From Wolbachia endosymbiont of Folsomia candida (lineage in GTDB: Bacteria > Pseudomonadota > Gammaproteobacteria > Diplorickettsiales > Diplorickettsiaceae), in assembly GCA_041949685.1 (NCBI GenBank), contig JBHGAL010000001.1, positions 36,015-100,014 of the forward strand: DNA of 64,000 bases. The letters run 5' to 3'. The translations under genes and the position numbers were made by a program. This document shows positions 32,272 through 42,652 of the stretch, one piece after another; positions within the stretch are counted from its first letter, which is position 1; every line of letters begins with the position of its first letter. Below the pieces are notes generated by a model, which saw only the letters and a list, made by a program, of their open reading frames with translations, was not told the origin of the DNA and did not search any database.

Positions 32272-34486
32272 ACACAGCCGCGCTCACCATACTTTCGTCA
32301 TCAGTTACGGCATCTTGAGGATATTTAAATAATCCACAACTTGTATTACTATTATTTCTTTGTATAGTAGTTTCAGTTTGAATTGGTTTGGCATCGGAAA
32401 CTTCAGGGCTGATACATTTATCGTTTTCCGATTCAGCTAAATTTTCTGATGTTATAACTATTTGTTCAGAGCTTGAATCTTGTAAAATTAAACATTTATC
32501 AGCTTTTGGGATTGGTAACTCCTCATCTAGCCAAGCTAGCTGCTCACTTTGTACCAAATGTTCCACTATGTTTCCTGCTCGGATCGTTTTACTTTCAAGA
32601 TTGTAAGCATATAAATAGTAAGATGCTAGAACAAATGCCCCTATTGCTGTACCTATAATTAATATGATCGGGAAAAAAGCTGGCACTGCAGTTGAAGCTA
32701 CGACAGCAGCGTATATAGCAGTTATAGGTCCCCACACTACGAGACGAAAAACCAAACTACCGGTACCTAAACGTTTGATAACAATCAAAAAACGATTTAA
32801 ACCTTTCTTAATATTCGTCCAAATGGGTAACTCATCAGTGAAACGACGCAATAGTCGATCATAGTCTCGCAATGATTTGTTCAATACTTCTTTATTGGGG
32901 ACTTCCTTTTCCAATACGTCAATTTTAAATTTTAAGTAGTCAAATTTAGCTTCATGGGCTTGATTGGCCTTATAGGCCGAATATATACCATAACTTATAC
33001 CAATTAAGAGAGTTACTCCGGCTATAATTGCAGTTGCTATAAAACCTATGGGTATAAAGGTCGCTAATGAGCCAGAACATAGTGCATAGGTGAGAACGAC
33101 TTTAGTTCCATCTAGAAATAACCACCCGACAAACAAAGGTAAAAAACATCCATCAAGAAAACCCATGCATATGGCATAGTATTTAATGAAATGTCGATTT
33201 TTAATTACTTTTTTTAAATCCTTCATTAAAGGTGAATCTTTCAATCTTACTGAGGAACCAACATTTTTATATTTCAGGCAGTTTAAAAATATTTTTTGTT
33301 TATTTAATTTAATTAATTTTTTTTCAATCATCTGTTTATGTTCAGTTTCTATAATCGTTGCTGTAATGTCTTTATTAGTATTGTATGCCTGATAAGTATT
33401 TTTAATCTTAAAAATTAGTAACAAGGGCAAAGCAACCAATAAGGCTATTCCTAAGGGGATAACTGAAATCGCAGCGATAGTCACTACTGGGGCAATGGGG
33501 ATAAAATAAAAAATAAACATTAAAATCCAATAAATAAAACTAGTCTGGCCCAAAGCAGCCAAAATAGGCGGAATAAAATTTTTATTCTTAATTTTTTTAT
33601 TTTTTTCTAAAATTTTTGTTGAATTTTTTTTGATTAAATTTTCAATGTCATTAAAAAAAATTTCTGCATTTTTATTTGTTAAGCCTATGTTCCAATTATT
33701 TTCATTACCTTTAATTTGAAATTTTTCTAATTTTCCTCCGAGATTTAATAATTGACAAACTTGGACTAAGATTTTTTTATGTAGTATGTCGAGCATTTTT
33801 TCTTTTGAAATTTCTGAATTTTCTTTAAAAAATTTATTTAATGCTTTTAAATGCTGCCCTTCTATTCCTGAAGCAAAAAATCGACGTCTCCAACATGCAA
33901 TTTTTGATATATCAGGAGGATAAAAATGGGCTACGGCCTGTAAATGTTCGTAAGTAATTGGACCGGTAATATGTTCATCCAGCTCAATTTTGCCCATTTT
34001 ATTTTTTATTTGTTCTTCTGAAAATGTTTTAAATATACGGCTAAAATAAAAGTAATTACTATTTCTTTCTATTTCACGCAATTTACAGTATTTAACAACA
34101 TAAATGCCCATCGAAACGGCAAACAAACCAAGGCTGGCCAGTGCACTATCGATGAATAACACATACTTACTATTATTAATAGCATCAAAAAACTTAAAAT
34201 CTTTATCGCAAGCACCTTCAATCACACTCACATTAAATGAAGGGGTAGCAACAACCTCATCTAGAGAACAGAGACAACTATTAAAAACAGGAATTTTTGT
34301 TTTAGGGCTCCTCATCCAATCTGGTTTTTTTTTTAATAGCGACTTTTCACCAGGTGAATTCGGTCCAGATACACTTCTTTGTCTTTCTAATCTTGGAGGA
34401 CAACCAGAGTTATTTCCATCAACTTCGGAGGTTGCTCCTACTTCCCGAGCAGGTTCTTCTTTTACAATGGAAACTTGTTCGTCCAT
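32261..34486 (-). CDS. hypothetical large membrane protein (multi-hairpin; no recognised domain)
   Basis: 741 aa with Lys/Asn/Ile-rich, AT-rich coding sequence. It has a hydrophilic N-terminus and one TM helix near aa 110-130. Three long bilobed hydrophobic stretches lie at about aa 315-360, 435-505 and 570-625. The tail is acidic and Ser-rich. I recognise no catalytic motif. Confidence 0.6.
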   Translation of the reverse strand: MDEQVSIVKEEPAREVGATSEVDGNNSGCPPRLERQRSVSGPNSPGEKSLLKKKPDWMRSPKTKIPVFNSCLCSLDEVVATPSFNVSVIEGACDKDFKFFDAINNSKYVLFIDSALASLGLFAVSMGIYVVKYCKLREIERNSNYFYFSRIFKTFSEEQIKNKMGKIELDEHITGPITYEHLQAVAHFYPPDISKIACWRRRFFASGIEGQHLKALNKFFKENSEISKEKMLDILHKKILVQVCQLLNLGGKLEKFQIKGNENNWNIGLTNKNAEIFFNDIENLIKKNSTKILEKNKKIKNKNFIPPILAALGQTSFIYWILMFIFYFIPIAPVVTIAAISVIPLGIALLVALPLLLIFKIKNTYQAYNTNKDITATIIETEHKQMIEKKLIKLNKQKIFLNCLKYKNVGSSVRLKDSPLMKDLKKVIKNRHFIKYYAICMGFLDGCFLPLFVGWLFLDGTKVVLTYALCSGSLATFIPIGFIATAIIAGVTLLIGISYGIYSAYKANQAHEAKFDYLKFKIDVLEKEVPNKEVLNKSLRDYDRLLRRFTDELPIWTNIKKGLNRFLIVIKRLGTGSLVFRLVVWGPITAIYAAVVASTAVPAFFPIILIIGTAIGAFVLASYYLYAYNLESKTIRAGNIVEHLVQSEQLAWLDEELPIPKADKCLILQDSSSEQIVITSENLAESENDKCISPEVSDAKPIQTETTIQRNNSNTSCGLFKYPQDAVTDDESMVSAAVFSC

Positions 34487-34669
34487 AAGAGCTCCTTTTG
34501 GAATTTGGTAGATGACAATTAAAAGTGTTTATAAATATTTTTTTATCTTTAGTATATATTACTTTATTAAAAATTTATTTATTTTAATAAAAAAATTAAA
34601 ATTTTTTGTCATTTATAATTAAATTTGAAACTTTTTTTTATTGTCTATTTCGTTTACACTTTGATTAAT

Positions 34670-35476
34670 ATGAAATCTTTTTTGAAATGGGCAGGAAATA
34701 AGCACCGAATTCTTGATAAACTTAAAGCCCATTTACCTAAAACCGATCGCTTGATAGAACCATTTTTAGGTTCGGCTACTGTTTTTCTTAATACTTCTTA
34801 CTCTGCTTATCTATTAGGTGATAACAATCTTGATTTGATTCAATTATATAAATATTTACAACAAGAAGGTCAATTTTTTATTGATTATTGCCGATTATTT
34901 TTCCATGAGAACTATAATACTGCAGAGGAGTTCTATCGCTTACGTCGTTTATTTAATGATAGTAAAGAATATCGCATGAGAGCTGCGTTATTATTATATT
35001 TAAATAAACATTGTTTCAATGGATTAGCGCGCTTTAATCGAAAAGGCGAATTTAACACTCCTTTTAGCTACTATAAGACTCCTTATTTTCCTGAGAAAGA
35101 AATGCAATATTTTTATGTGCATGCAAGAAAAGCTGAATTTATCCATGGAGATTTTTTATCCACTCTGGAGTATGTAAAGCAAGGAGATATAATATATTGC
35201 GATCCTCCTTATGTTGGATTATCTAAAACCTCAAATTTTACTCACTATACAGCAGAAGGATTTAGTCATTCACAACAGATATGCTTGGCAAATGCTGCAA
35301 GAAACCTGGCTGCAAAGGGAATTCGGGTGATAATTTCCAATCATGATACAGACTTCACACGGGAGATTTATAAAGATGCAACTATTGTTTCATTTATAGT
35401 GCAGCGAAATATTAGTAGTAAAGGATCAGAACGAAAAAAAGCCAAAGAACTACTAGCAATTTTCTCCTACTATTAA
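34670..35476 (+). CDS. dam: DNA adenine methyltransferase (Dam family, D12 class N6-MTase)
   Basis: The track ORF begins at a TTG at 34625. The ATG at 34670 gives MKSFLKWAGNKHRIL, the canonical Dam N-terminus. EPFLGSATVFLN, YCDPPY, ISNHDT and SSKGSERKK occur in the same order as in E. coli Dam. Confidence 0.88.
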   Translation: MKSFLKWAGNKHRILDKLKAHLPKTDRLIEPFLGSATVFLNTSYSAYLLGDNNLDLIQLYKYLQQEGQFFIDYCRLFFHENYNTAEEFYRLRRLFNDSKEYRMRAALLLYLNKHCFNGLARFNRKGEFNTPFSYYKTPYFPEKEMQYFYVHARKAEFIHGDFLSTLEYVKQGDIIYCDPPYVGLSKTSNFTHYTAEGFSHSQQICLANAARNLAAKGIRVIISNHDTDFTREIYKDATIVSFIVQRNISSKGSERKKAKELLAIFSYY

Positions 35477-35488
35477 GAACACTCAAAC

Positions 35489-36832
35489 TCATTTATCCCT
35501 AAACTCTATCCGAATTGGACTGCCAATAATTTTCAACGCCTTGCGATAAAAATTTTCAAGATATCGACGATAAGATTCTTGTAAAAAACTAGCGTGTTGG
35601 CCATGGATAAGTATAACTGGCGGATTATATCCTCCAGGATGAGCATAACGCAATTTAACTGTTCGCCCACGACTCAATGGTGGCTGATGTGCGTTAACCG
35701 CTTGTTCTAATAAACGAGTTAAGCGTGATGTGGTTAAACTTTGTGTTGCAGATCGATATGCCTGTTGAATCAGTGCAAATAAATTGCCAACACCTGTACC
35801 ATGAAGAGCCGAAATAAAGATAAGTTTAGCAAATGGTACAAACTGTAAACGTCTATCCAAATCTTTTTTGACTTGCGCTCTTTGCTCGTTAGACAAGCCG
35901 TCCCATTTGTTTACAGCAATGATAAGCGCTCTTCCACTTTCAAGGATGAATCCTAGAAGATGTAAATCTTGCTCACTAATGCCTTCCTGGGCATCAATGA
36001 CTAGTAAAACAACATTACTAGCCTCAATAGCCTGCAAACTTTTAATTACGGAAAATTTTTCTATCTCGTGTACTGTTTTTGATTTTCGACGAATACCGGC
36101 AGTGTCAATGAAGGTATATAATTTACCTCGATATTCAACATCATTTGCAATACTATCACGAGTGGTCCCCGGTTGATCAAAAACGATAGCCCGATCTTCA
36201 CCTAAAATTCTATTTAACAAAGTTGATTTGCCAACATTCGGTTTCCCTATAATAGATACCTTTATTCTTGGAATTTCATCTTCTTCTGACAATGGATGTT
36301 CGGTGATCGAGGTTTCACTCTTAGGAAAATAATTTAATACTTTTTCCATTAATCCTTGAATACCTTGGCCATGAATTGCGGAAATAATTGAAAATGATGT
36401 CGCATCAAAACCTAATAACGAAAACTCACTTTGTAATAAATTAGGATCTAAGCCTTCACTTTTATTAATCACCAATGTAATTTTCTTATTTAGCCGACGT
36501 AAAAATTGTGCTAATTGCTGATCCAGGGCCGATAACCCTTCCCTTCCATTAACTAAAAATAAAACATGATCAGCTTCAGTGATAGCACGCTGGGTTTGCT
36601 GTTCCATTAGAAAAGCAACCTCTTTTTCTTTACTCCCCGTTAACCCTCCGGTATCTACGACAATATAAGGTTGATTTCCCACAACTCCTTTACCATAAAG
36701 CCGATCTCGGGTTAAACCGGGAATATCTGCAACTAAGGCATGGCGAGTTTTAGTTAAGGAATTAAATAAACTCGACTTTCCTACGTTCGGTCGACCTACA
36801 AGAACAATACTTGGCAAAGCGGAAGTGCTCAT
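35489..36832 (-). CDS. der: ribosome-associated GTPase Der (EngA)
   Basis: It has two G domains (GRPNVGKSSLFN and GKPNVGKSTLLN) and a KH-like C-terminus. The ATG at 36832 overlaps the bamB stop (ATGA); the track start at 36889 lies inside bamB. Confidence 0.93.
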   Translation of the reverse strand: MSTSALPSIVLVGRPNVGKSSLFNSLTKTRHALVADIPGLTRDRLYGKGVVGNQPYIVVDTGGLTGSKEKEVAFLMEQQTQRAITEADHVLFLVNGREGLSALDQQLAQFLRRLNKKITLVINKSEGLDPNLLQSEFSLLGFDATSFSIISAIHGQGIQGLMEKVLNYFPKSETSITEHPLSEEDEIPRIKVSIIGKPNVGKSTLLNRILGEDRAIVFDQPGTTRDSIANDVEYRGKLYTFIDTAGIRRKSKTVHEIEKFSVIKSLQAIEASNVVLLVIDAQEGISEQDLHLLGFILESGRALIIAVNKWDGLSNEQRAQVKKDLDRRLQFVPFAKLIFISALHGTGVGNLFALIQQAYRSATQSLTTSRLTRLLEQAVNAHQPPLSRGRTVKLRYAHPGGYNPPVILIHGQHASFLQESYRRYLENFYRKALKIIGSPIRIEFRDK

Positions 36833-37998
36833 ACAGGTAAAGTCGTATGAGTCCAAGCAGATAAACCACCTTCCCTGGTAAGAATACATACTAGGGGATA
36901 ATCCACAACTGGATTAGCTATAATACTGGCATTATCATGGACAAGATCCCTCGCTAAAGGATGCCCATCAGATTGAGCAAGCCAATGAATATAACCTTCT
37001 CGGTCACCTATAACTAAACTATTGCCAAAAATAGCCGGTGCAGTTAAGCCTCGATGTCTTAACAACTGTTGCTGCCAAAGTAATTCACCTGTAGCACGAT
37101 CAAAAGCCCAGACTCCTCCTTCCGTATCTGTTATATACAAGCTATTTCCTACAGTAAGGCCTGAATAACTTGAAAAATTTCTTTGCCATAATATTCGTCC
37201 GGATTGTAAAGAAACAGCAGCCAATTGATCTTGATAAGTAGCTACATAAATTACATCGCACGATAATAATGGATCAGCCGCGATATCAATTAATTGATCA
37301 GCGGCAGTCACACCTTGTGGAAACGCAATATTTCGCTCCCATAGTAAACTACCATTTCTTAGATTCAATGCAGCTAATTTACCATCGGAAAAACCAACTA
37401 CAACCTTATTACCTACAATTTGTGGGACACTACTTAGTCTTAGGATTAACAGCGGTGAACCATGTTCATAAGACCATAATAATTCACCGGTTTGTAATTC
37501 TAATGCTAATACTTGTCCATCTACAGTTTTAAAAATAATTTGACCTTGTCCGATAGCAGGAGGAGCTAATACTTGGTTAGGTAATTGTACTCGCCACAAG
37601 ACATCTCCAGTGTCCGCCGCTAAAGCTATCGCTTGAGGTTGCTTAGTAACAACGATAACTTTCCCGCAACTAACTGCCGGACCACTCGTTATAATTTGCT
37701 TAATATTTTTTTGCCATAATTTATGGCCATGCGCTAACTCTAAAGCAGTTACAAGACCGGATTTGCTTGCCACAAAAACTTGGTCTTCTTGAATAACAGG
37801 ACTTAACCGTAAATAGTCATCGCCCATACCTCTGCCGGTTGCTCTAGACCATAGCAATACCGGTTGAAATTGGAAAGGATATGCAGTCAAAGGTGCTGGC
37901 ATGGGTGTATTATCATCACCTAAACCAGCACAAGCTGTTAAAAATAACAAGCAAATAAAAATACTGGGGACATAAATTTTCTTCATTAGATTTCTCAT
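36829..37998 (-). CDS. bamB: outer membrane protein assembly factor BamB
   Basis: 389 aa. It has a lipobox LTAC and repeated PQQ-like beta-propeller blades (LWQ.../G.V.A.D..TG..LW). It sits in the yfgM-bamB-der order. Confidence 0.9.
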   Translation of the reverse strand: MRNLMKKIYVPSIFICLLFLTACAGLGDDNTPMPAPLTAYPFQFQPVLLWSRATGRGMGDDYLRLSPVIQEDQVFVASKSGLVTALELAHGHKLWQKNIKQIITSGPAVSCGKVIVVTKQPQAIALAADTGDVLWRVQLPNQVLAPPAIGQGQIIFKTVDGQVLALELQTGELLWSYEHGSPLLILRLSSVPQIVGNKVVVGFSDGKLAALNLRNGSLLWERNIAFPQGVTAADQLIDIAADPLLSCDVIYVATYQDQLAAVSLQSGRILWQRNFSSYSGLTVGNSLYITDTEGGVWAFDRATGELLWQQQLLRHRGLTAPAIFGNSLVIGDREGYIHWLAQSDGHPLARDLVHDNASIIANPVVDYPLVCILTREGGLSAWTHTTLPV

Positions 37999-38627
37999 CG
38001 AGCGTAAGCCAAATTATTAATTTTCATTTCTAACAGAGGTTGCTCAATAATATTTCCCAAAGCTTGCTTAGCTGCTAAATAGTTTTGCAATGCTTGTTTG
38101 CTATGGCCTAAATTATTAAGAATATCTCCCTTTTCCTCCAAAAAAATTGGAATATATGCTTTATCTTCATTTTTGGATAGTATGTTCAACGCTTCTTTTC
38201 CTTGGTTTTGAGTTAATAAAATTCGCGCTAAACGTAAGCGTGCAATAGATTGTAAAGCTTGATCGTGACCATGATCGATAATCCAAACTAATTTATTCGC
38301 AGCCTCAGTTAAATTATTTTGATTAACCGCGAGTTTAGCTAATTGTAAAGCCGCTAAAGAAGCATAAGGTGTATAGGGATAATTTTTCAACAATCCATTC
38401 GCTAATCCATTTAATATAGATATGTTTCCATTTGTAGCTGTTGATGCTACTAGGCGTTCATACTGCATGGATGCTGTAAGCAAATTATTTTCTTCCGTTT
38501 GACGCCAATAATTCCAGCCCCAACTAATAAAAATAGCAAAAATAATACCTATTAAAATTCCAAAACCATACTCACGGCACCATTTTTTTACATACTCAGC
38601 TTGCTCTATTGCAATTAGTTCATTCAT
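37995..38627 (-). CDS. yfgM: YfgM-family TPR-like membrane protein (ancillary SecYEG subunit)
   Basis: 210 aa. It has an N-terminal EQAEYVKKW motif plus a TM helix and a TPR-like C-terminus. It lies between hisS and bamB. Confidence 0.8.
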   Translation of the reverse strand: MNELIAIEQAEYVKKWCREYGFGILIGIIFAIFISWGWNYWRQTEENNLLTASMQYERLVASTATNGNISILNGLANGLLKNYPYTPYASLAALQLAKLAVNQNNLTEAANKLVWIIDHGHDQALQSIARLRLARILLTQNQGKEALNILSKNEDKAYIPIFLEEKGDILNNLGHSKQALQNYLAAKQALGNIIEQPLLEMKINNLAYAR

Positions 38628-39907
38628 GCGCTTAACATTCCTGCAATTTTTTGTATAGCTTCAGCTTGGGGTATTATTTCTTGAGGGCTTTTTTCTCTTA
38701 AGTTTTTTATAACGAAAGTGTCAGACTTTACTTCATCATTCCCCAAAATTAATGCAAAACGCGCTTCACTTTTATCCGCACGTTTAAATTGAGATTTTAT
38801 TCCATCCCCGCTCACATCAAGTATCAAACTGATAGCTGGCAACTCTGTACGTAAATATTCTGCAAAAATTAACCCTTTTTGTATAGCCATATCACCTATC
38901 GTAATAAAATATATATCAGGAACTGCGAGGGAGGTTGCAGAATTTATTTTAGGTAGTAAGTTAATTAAGCGCTCTAAACCTATGGCAAAACCCACAGCCG
39001 GCGTTGCATGCCCACCTAATTGCTCTACTAACTTATCGTAACGACCTCCGGCACAAACAGTATTTTGAGCGGCTTGCTGCTCATCTGCAATAACCCATTC
39101 AAAAACTGTCTTATTGTAATAATCTAATCCCCGAACCAAACGAGGATTTATAGTGAAACAAATATCTGCATTAGTGAGTATTTCTTTTAAAATACAAAAA
39201 TCTTGTTGGGAGTCAGAATCAAGATAATCAAGCAACTTTGGCGCTTTTTCAATGAGCCCCTGCATATCAGGGTTCTTACTATCTAAAATACGCAATGGGT
39301 TGGTTTGTAGTCGGCGCAGGGAGTCTTCATCTAAATATTTTAATTGTTGAGTAAAATAATTAACTAAGCTTTCTTTGTGTGCCTTGCGTGCTATTGAAGA
39401 TCCGAGTGAATTAATTTGCAAACTTAATTGATGTTTTATGCCTAATTCTTCCCAAAGACGTGCTGACATCAAAATTAGTTCAGCATCAATATGCGGTTGA
39501 GCTATGCCAAACACTTCCACGCCAAATTGATGAAACTGTCTATAGCGACCTTTTTGAGGTCGTTCATGCCTAAACATGGGGCCCAAATACCACCAGCGTT
39601 GAATTTGATTGTAAAGTAAACCTTGCTCTATACCAGCTCGGACACAACCGGCAGTCCCTTCGGGTCTTAAAGACAAGCTATCTCCATTACGATCAATAAA
39701 GGTATACATCTCCTTTTCAACAATATCAGTTACATCGCCAATACATCGTTTAAACAGTTCTGTTTTTTCAAGAATAGGTAAACGAACTTCTTGATATCCA
39801 TATTGTTTGGCAAGTTTACGCAAAGTATTTTCAACTTTCTGCCAAGTAAAAATTTCTATCGGCAGAATATCATTCATGCCACGTATTGCTTGTATTTTTT
39901 CCGCCAT
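38624..39907 (-). CDS. hisS: histidine--tRNA ligase
   Basis: 427 aa. It has GMNDILP, class II aaRS motifs ([16 protein letters not shown]-like GGRYDKL) and an anticodon-binding C-terminus. Confidence 0.95.
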   Translation of the reverse strand: MAEKIQAIRGMNDILPIEIFTWQKVENTLRKLAKQYGYQEVRLPILEKTELFKRCIGDVTDIVEKEMYTFIDRNGDSLSLRPEGTAGCVRAGIEQGLLYNQIQRWWYLGPMFRHERPQKGRYRQFHQFGVEVFGIAQPHIDAELILMSARLWEELGIKHQLSLQINSLGSSIARKAHKESLVNYFTQQLKYLDEDSLRRLQTNPLRILDSKNPDMQGLIEKAPKLLDYLDSDSQQDFCILKEILTNADICFTINPRLVRGLDYYNKTVFEWVIADEQQAAQNTVCAGGRYDKLVEQLGGHATPAVGFAIGLERLINLLPKINSATSLAVPDIYFITIGDMAIQKGLIFAEYLRTELPAISLILDVSGDGIKSQFKRADKSEARFALILGNDEVKSDTFVIKNLREKSPQEIIPQAEAIQKIAGMLSA

Positions 39908-39909
39908 AA

Positions 39910-40707
39910 TTAATAATAAAGTTGTTTACTTTTTTGTTTGGTTTTCGATTTAGGTGTTTGTATTAATGCCTTGTAGGCGTCAGAATTTGGGAATCTTGTT
40001 TGTAACATTAAGGTGTAGCTGCCTGCTGCTGTTGGATTTCCCAAAGCCCTGGCTAAAACTGCTCCTAACCATAAGGCGTTGGCTGTAGGTTCTTTAACAA
40101 GCTGCATATAATGGTCTAGATATTGCTGAGCTTGTTGATAATCTTTTGTTTGATAACTTATTCTACCTAATTCCAACCAAGATATCGCGCGTTTAGGGTC
40201 CTGAGTAATAGCTTGGGTAAAATAACCCATGGCTTTTTCAGTATCAGGTACCTGCATAGCACATAAACCCGCATTTTCATAAACTTGTGCCGTATTAAGA
40301 TAACTGGGATCTTGTAATGCTAGTAAAAAATGCTGATCCGCTTCAGAATAACGACCCCGGCGACACAAAAAGGTTCCATAGTTATTTTGGGCAGCACCAG
40401 ATTTTGAATTAAGTGCTATTGCTCTCCGATAGTATGCATCCGCAGAAGGCAGACTTCCTGTGCTTTCTAGGAAGTAACCCATTGCGCCTTGTGCTTGCAA
40501 GGATCCTGGAGATTGTTGTTCAGCAAGCAATAATTTTTGATGCGCACGTTGTACATCGCCATTTTGTAAATACGCTAAACCTAATTGCACATTAACATCG
40601 GACGCCTGTGGAACAGATACCTGTGTTTTTGATTTAGAAAAAATACTACATGCCGTAAGAATGACTATAAAAAAAATGATGATGAACGGCTTTAATATCG
40701 ATATCAT
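39910..40707 (-). CDS. pilW: type IV pilus biogenesis/stability lipoprotein PilW (PilF-type TPR protein)
   Basis: 265 aa. It has a lipobox LTAC and TPR repeats throughout. It occupies the conserved position downstream of rlmN. Confidence 0.75.
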   Translation of the reverse strand: MISILKPFIIIFFIVILTACSIFSKSKTQVSVPQASDVNVQLGLAYLQNGDVQRAHQKLLLAEQQSPGSLQAQGAMGYFLESTGSLPSADAYYRRAIALNSKSGAAQNNYGTFLCRRGRYSEADQHFLLALQDPSYLNTAQVYENAGLCAMQVPDTEKAMGYFTQAITQDPKRAISWLELGRISYQTKDYQQAQQYLDHYMQLVKEPTANALWLGAVLARALGNPTAAGSYTLMLQTRFPNSDAYKALIQTPKSKTKQKSKQLYY

Positions 40708-40719
40708 TTACTCTCCCCC

Positions 40720-40842
40720 ATACTCTTCTCATTTGAATTTTTGTCTGTGTTGCCGCTCAACTTGAAATCCTGATGTATCTTGGATACATTCGGGTTACTT
40801 CATTCTTCCGGCGCCTTGCCAAAAATCCATTGCTATAAGTAC
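40720..40842 (+). repeat. MITE/REP-like palindromic element, copy C
   Basis: ATACTCTTCTCATTTGAATTTTTGTCTGTGTTGCCGCTCAAC...CCGGCGCCTTGCCAAAAATCCATTGCTATAAGTAC lies between the rlmN stop and the pilW start. Confidence 0.85.
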
Positions 40843-40856
40843 ATTTTTAAATTCCA

Positions 40857-41981
40857 TCAAATTCCCGCAGCTGATTCAAGTAAAAGAGGAATCACTCTTT
40901 GACGTTCTTTGCTACGATAGCTTTTATCTTGAACTTGCCCTACTAATTGGCCACATGCTGCATCAATATCTTCCCCTCTGGTTTTTCGTGTTATCGCGTT
41001 AAGCCCCGCTTTCATTAAAATACTTTTAAAATTTTCAATCACTGGAAGAGAAGAACGCTGATAAATTGTATTGGGAAAAGGATTAAAAGGGATTAAATTT
41101 ACTTTAACTGGAATACCTTCTAAAATTTTTATTAGCTGTCGTGCATGTTCGGGTTGATCATTAATTCCTTCTAACATGACATACTCCATGGTAATACGTC
41201 TTCTATGATTTCCTTTAAAGTAATTTCGACATACTGCTAGTAATTCAGAAAGAGGATATTTTTTATTGATAGGAACTAAGCGATTTCTTAGCTCATCATT
41301 AGGCGCATGTAAAGATACCGCAAGAGCTACTTCACTTACCTCAGATAAACGTCGCAATGCAGGAACTATGCCAGAGGTACTTAAAGTAACACGCCGCTTA
41401 GAAAAACCATAGGCAAAATCATCCATCATCAGGTTCATTGCTTTAACGACATTATCAAAGTTTAATAAGGGCTCGCCCATACCCATCATCACAATATTAC
41501 TGACAGTATGGTCATGACGTAAAGATCCATCTGACAAACTCCGTACTGCCAACCATACTTGCCCAATGATTTCTGCTACAGTTAAATTACGACTGAATCC
41601 TTGTTGCGCGGTCGAACAAAAACTGCAATTCAATGCACAACCTACTTGTGATGAAACACACAAAGTTCCTCTATTTACCTCAGGTATAAAAACTGTTTCA
41701 ATACAATTCCCATCGCTCAGTCGCAACAGCCATTTTCTAGTCCCATCATGAGACTGCTTTTCAAAAACAATTTCTGGCAAAACGATTTGTGCTATAGACT
41801 TGAGTTTTGAACGCAATGATTTACTTAAATTACTCATCAGATCAATATCATCAATACCTATTTGATGAATCCATTGTAAAACCTGTTGTGCCCTATAACG
41901 GGGCTTTTCTCCTAATTTTTGAAAAAGGAGTTGCATTCCTTCTCGGTCCAAATCGAGTAAATTCTCTAAGGGCATATCCAT
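40857..41981 (-). CDS. rlmN: 23S rRNA/tRNA m2A methyltransferase RlmN (radical SAM)
   Basis: 374 aa. It has the CxxxCxxC cluster [15 protein letters not shown] and the C-terminal Cys DIDAACGQL. Confidence 0.94.
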   Translation of the reverse strand: MDMPLENLLDLDREGMQLLFQKLGEKPRYRAQQVLQWIHQIGIDDIDLMSNLSKSLRSKLKSIAQIVLPEIVFEKQSHDGTRKWLLRLSDGNCIETVFIPEVNRGTLCVSSQVGCALNCSFCSTAQQGFSRNLTVAEIIGQVWLAVRSLSDGSLRHDHTVSNIVMMGMGEPLLNFDNVVKAMNLMMDDFAYGFSKRRVTLSTSGIVPALRRLSEVSEVALAVSLHAPNDELRNRLVPINKKYPLSELLAVCRNYFKGNHRRRITMEYVMLEGINDQPEHARQLIKILEGIPVKVNLIPFNPFPNTIYQRSSLPVIENFKSILMKAGLNAITRKTRGEDIDAACGQLVGQVQDKSYRSKERQRVIPLLLESAAGI

Positions 41982-42415
41982 TATTTAGAACCTTCGCCAA
42001 AACATTGATCTGGTGTAAAAAAGAAAGCGATTTCTTCTCTAGCGGTATCCATACTATCCGATCCGTGAACAGCATTTTGCCCCACACTTTCGGCAAAATC
42101 AGCGCGAATGGTGCCTGGAAGGGCTTGTGTAGGATCAGTGGCCCCCATCAGTTCACGATTTTTCAGGATCGCATTAGGCCCCTCTAAAACCTGTATCATC
42201 ACAGGTCCTGAACACATAAACTCAACCAGTTCAGTAAAAAAAGGTCTTTCTTTATGAATTGCATAAAATTTTTCAGCTTGATCTTTTTTCAAACTCTCCA
42301 TTCTCGCTGCAATAATCTTTAACCCGGAGTTTTCGAATCTTTTAGTAATCTCGCCTATGCAATTTTTTTTGACTGCATCAGGTTTAATAATAGAAAGGGT
42401 CTTTTGAATTGTCAT
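41981..42415 (-). CDS. ndk: nucleoside-diphosphate kinase
   Basis: 144 aa. It has [10 protein letters not shown] and the active-site motif NAVHGSDS. Confidence 0.96.
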   Translation of the reverse strand: MTIQKTLSIIKPDAVKKNCIGEITKRFENSGLKIIAARMESLKKDQAEKFYAIHKERPFFTELVEFMCSGPVMIQVLEGPNAILKNRELMGATDPTQALPGTIRADFAESVGQNAVHGSDSMDTAREEIAFFFTPDQCFGEGSK

Positions 42416-42652
42416 AAATGCCTCTAGCTTTTGTTCTAACTAAATATTTTTTTGAATATAGGAAAGTATTATACAGACTTAATAGCTCGGCACTATAGGC
42501 TTTTTATATGCCCATGGTATCTAAAGCGTGTTTTGGAGTTCTGAGTACTTAAAAGGGCGGGCTTATGGGGATATATCTTAAGAGCTCCTGTTCTTGTCCT
42601 CCTAAAAGGTTATAAGATTTTTGGAACTTTTCATCTATTTAGGCTGAACTGA

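Noticed and set aside
41807-42187. 126-aa ORF spanning the rlmN/ndk junction on the plus strand
   Set aside because: It is antisense to two highly conserved genes and has no recognisable motif.
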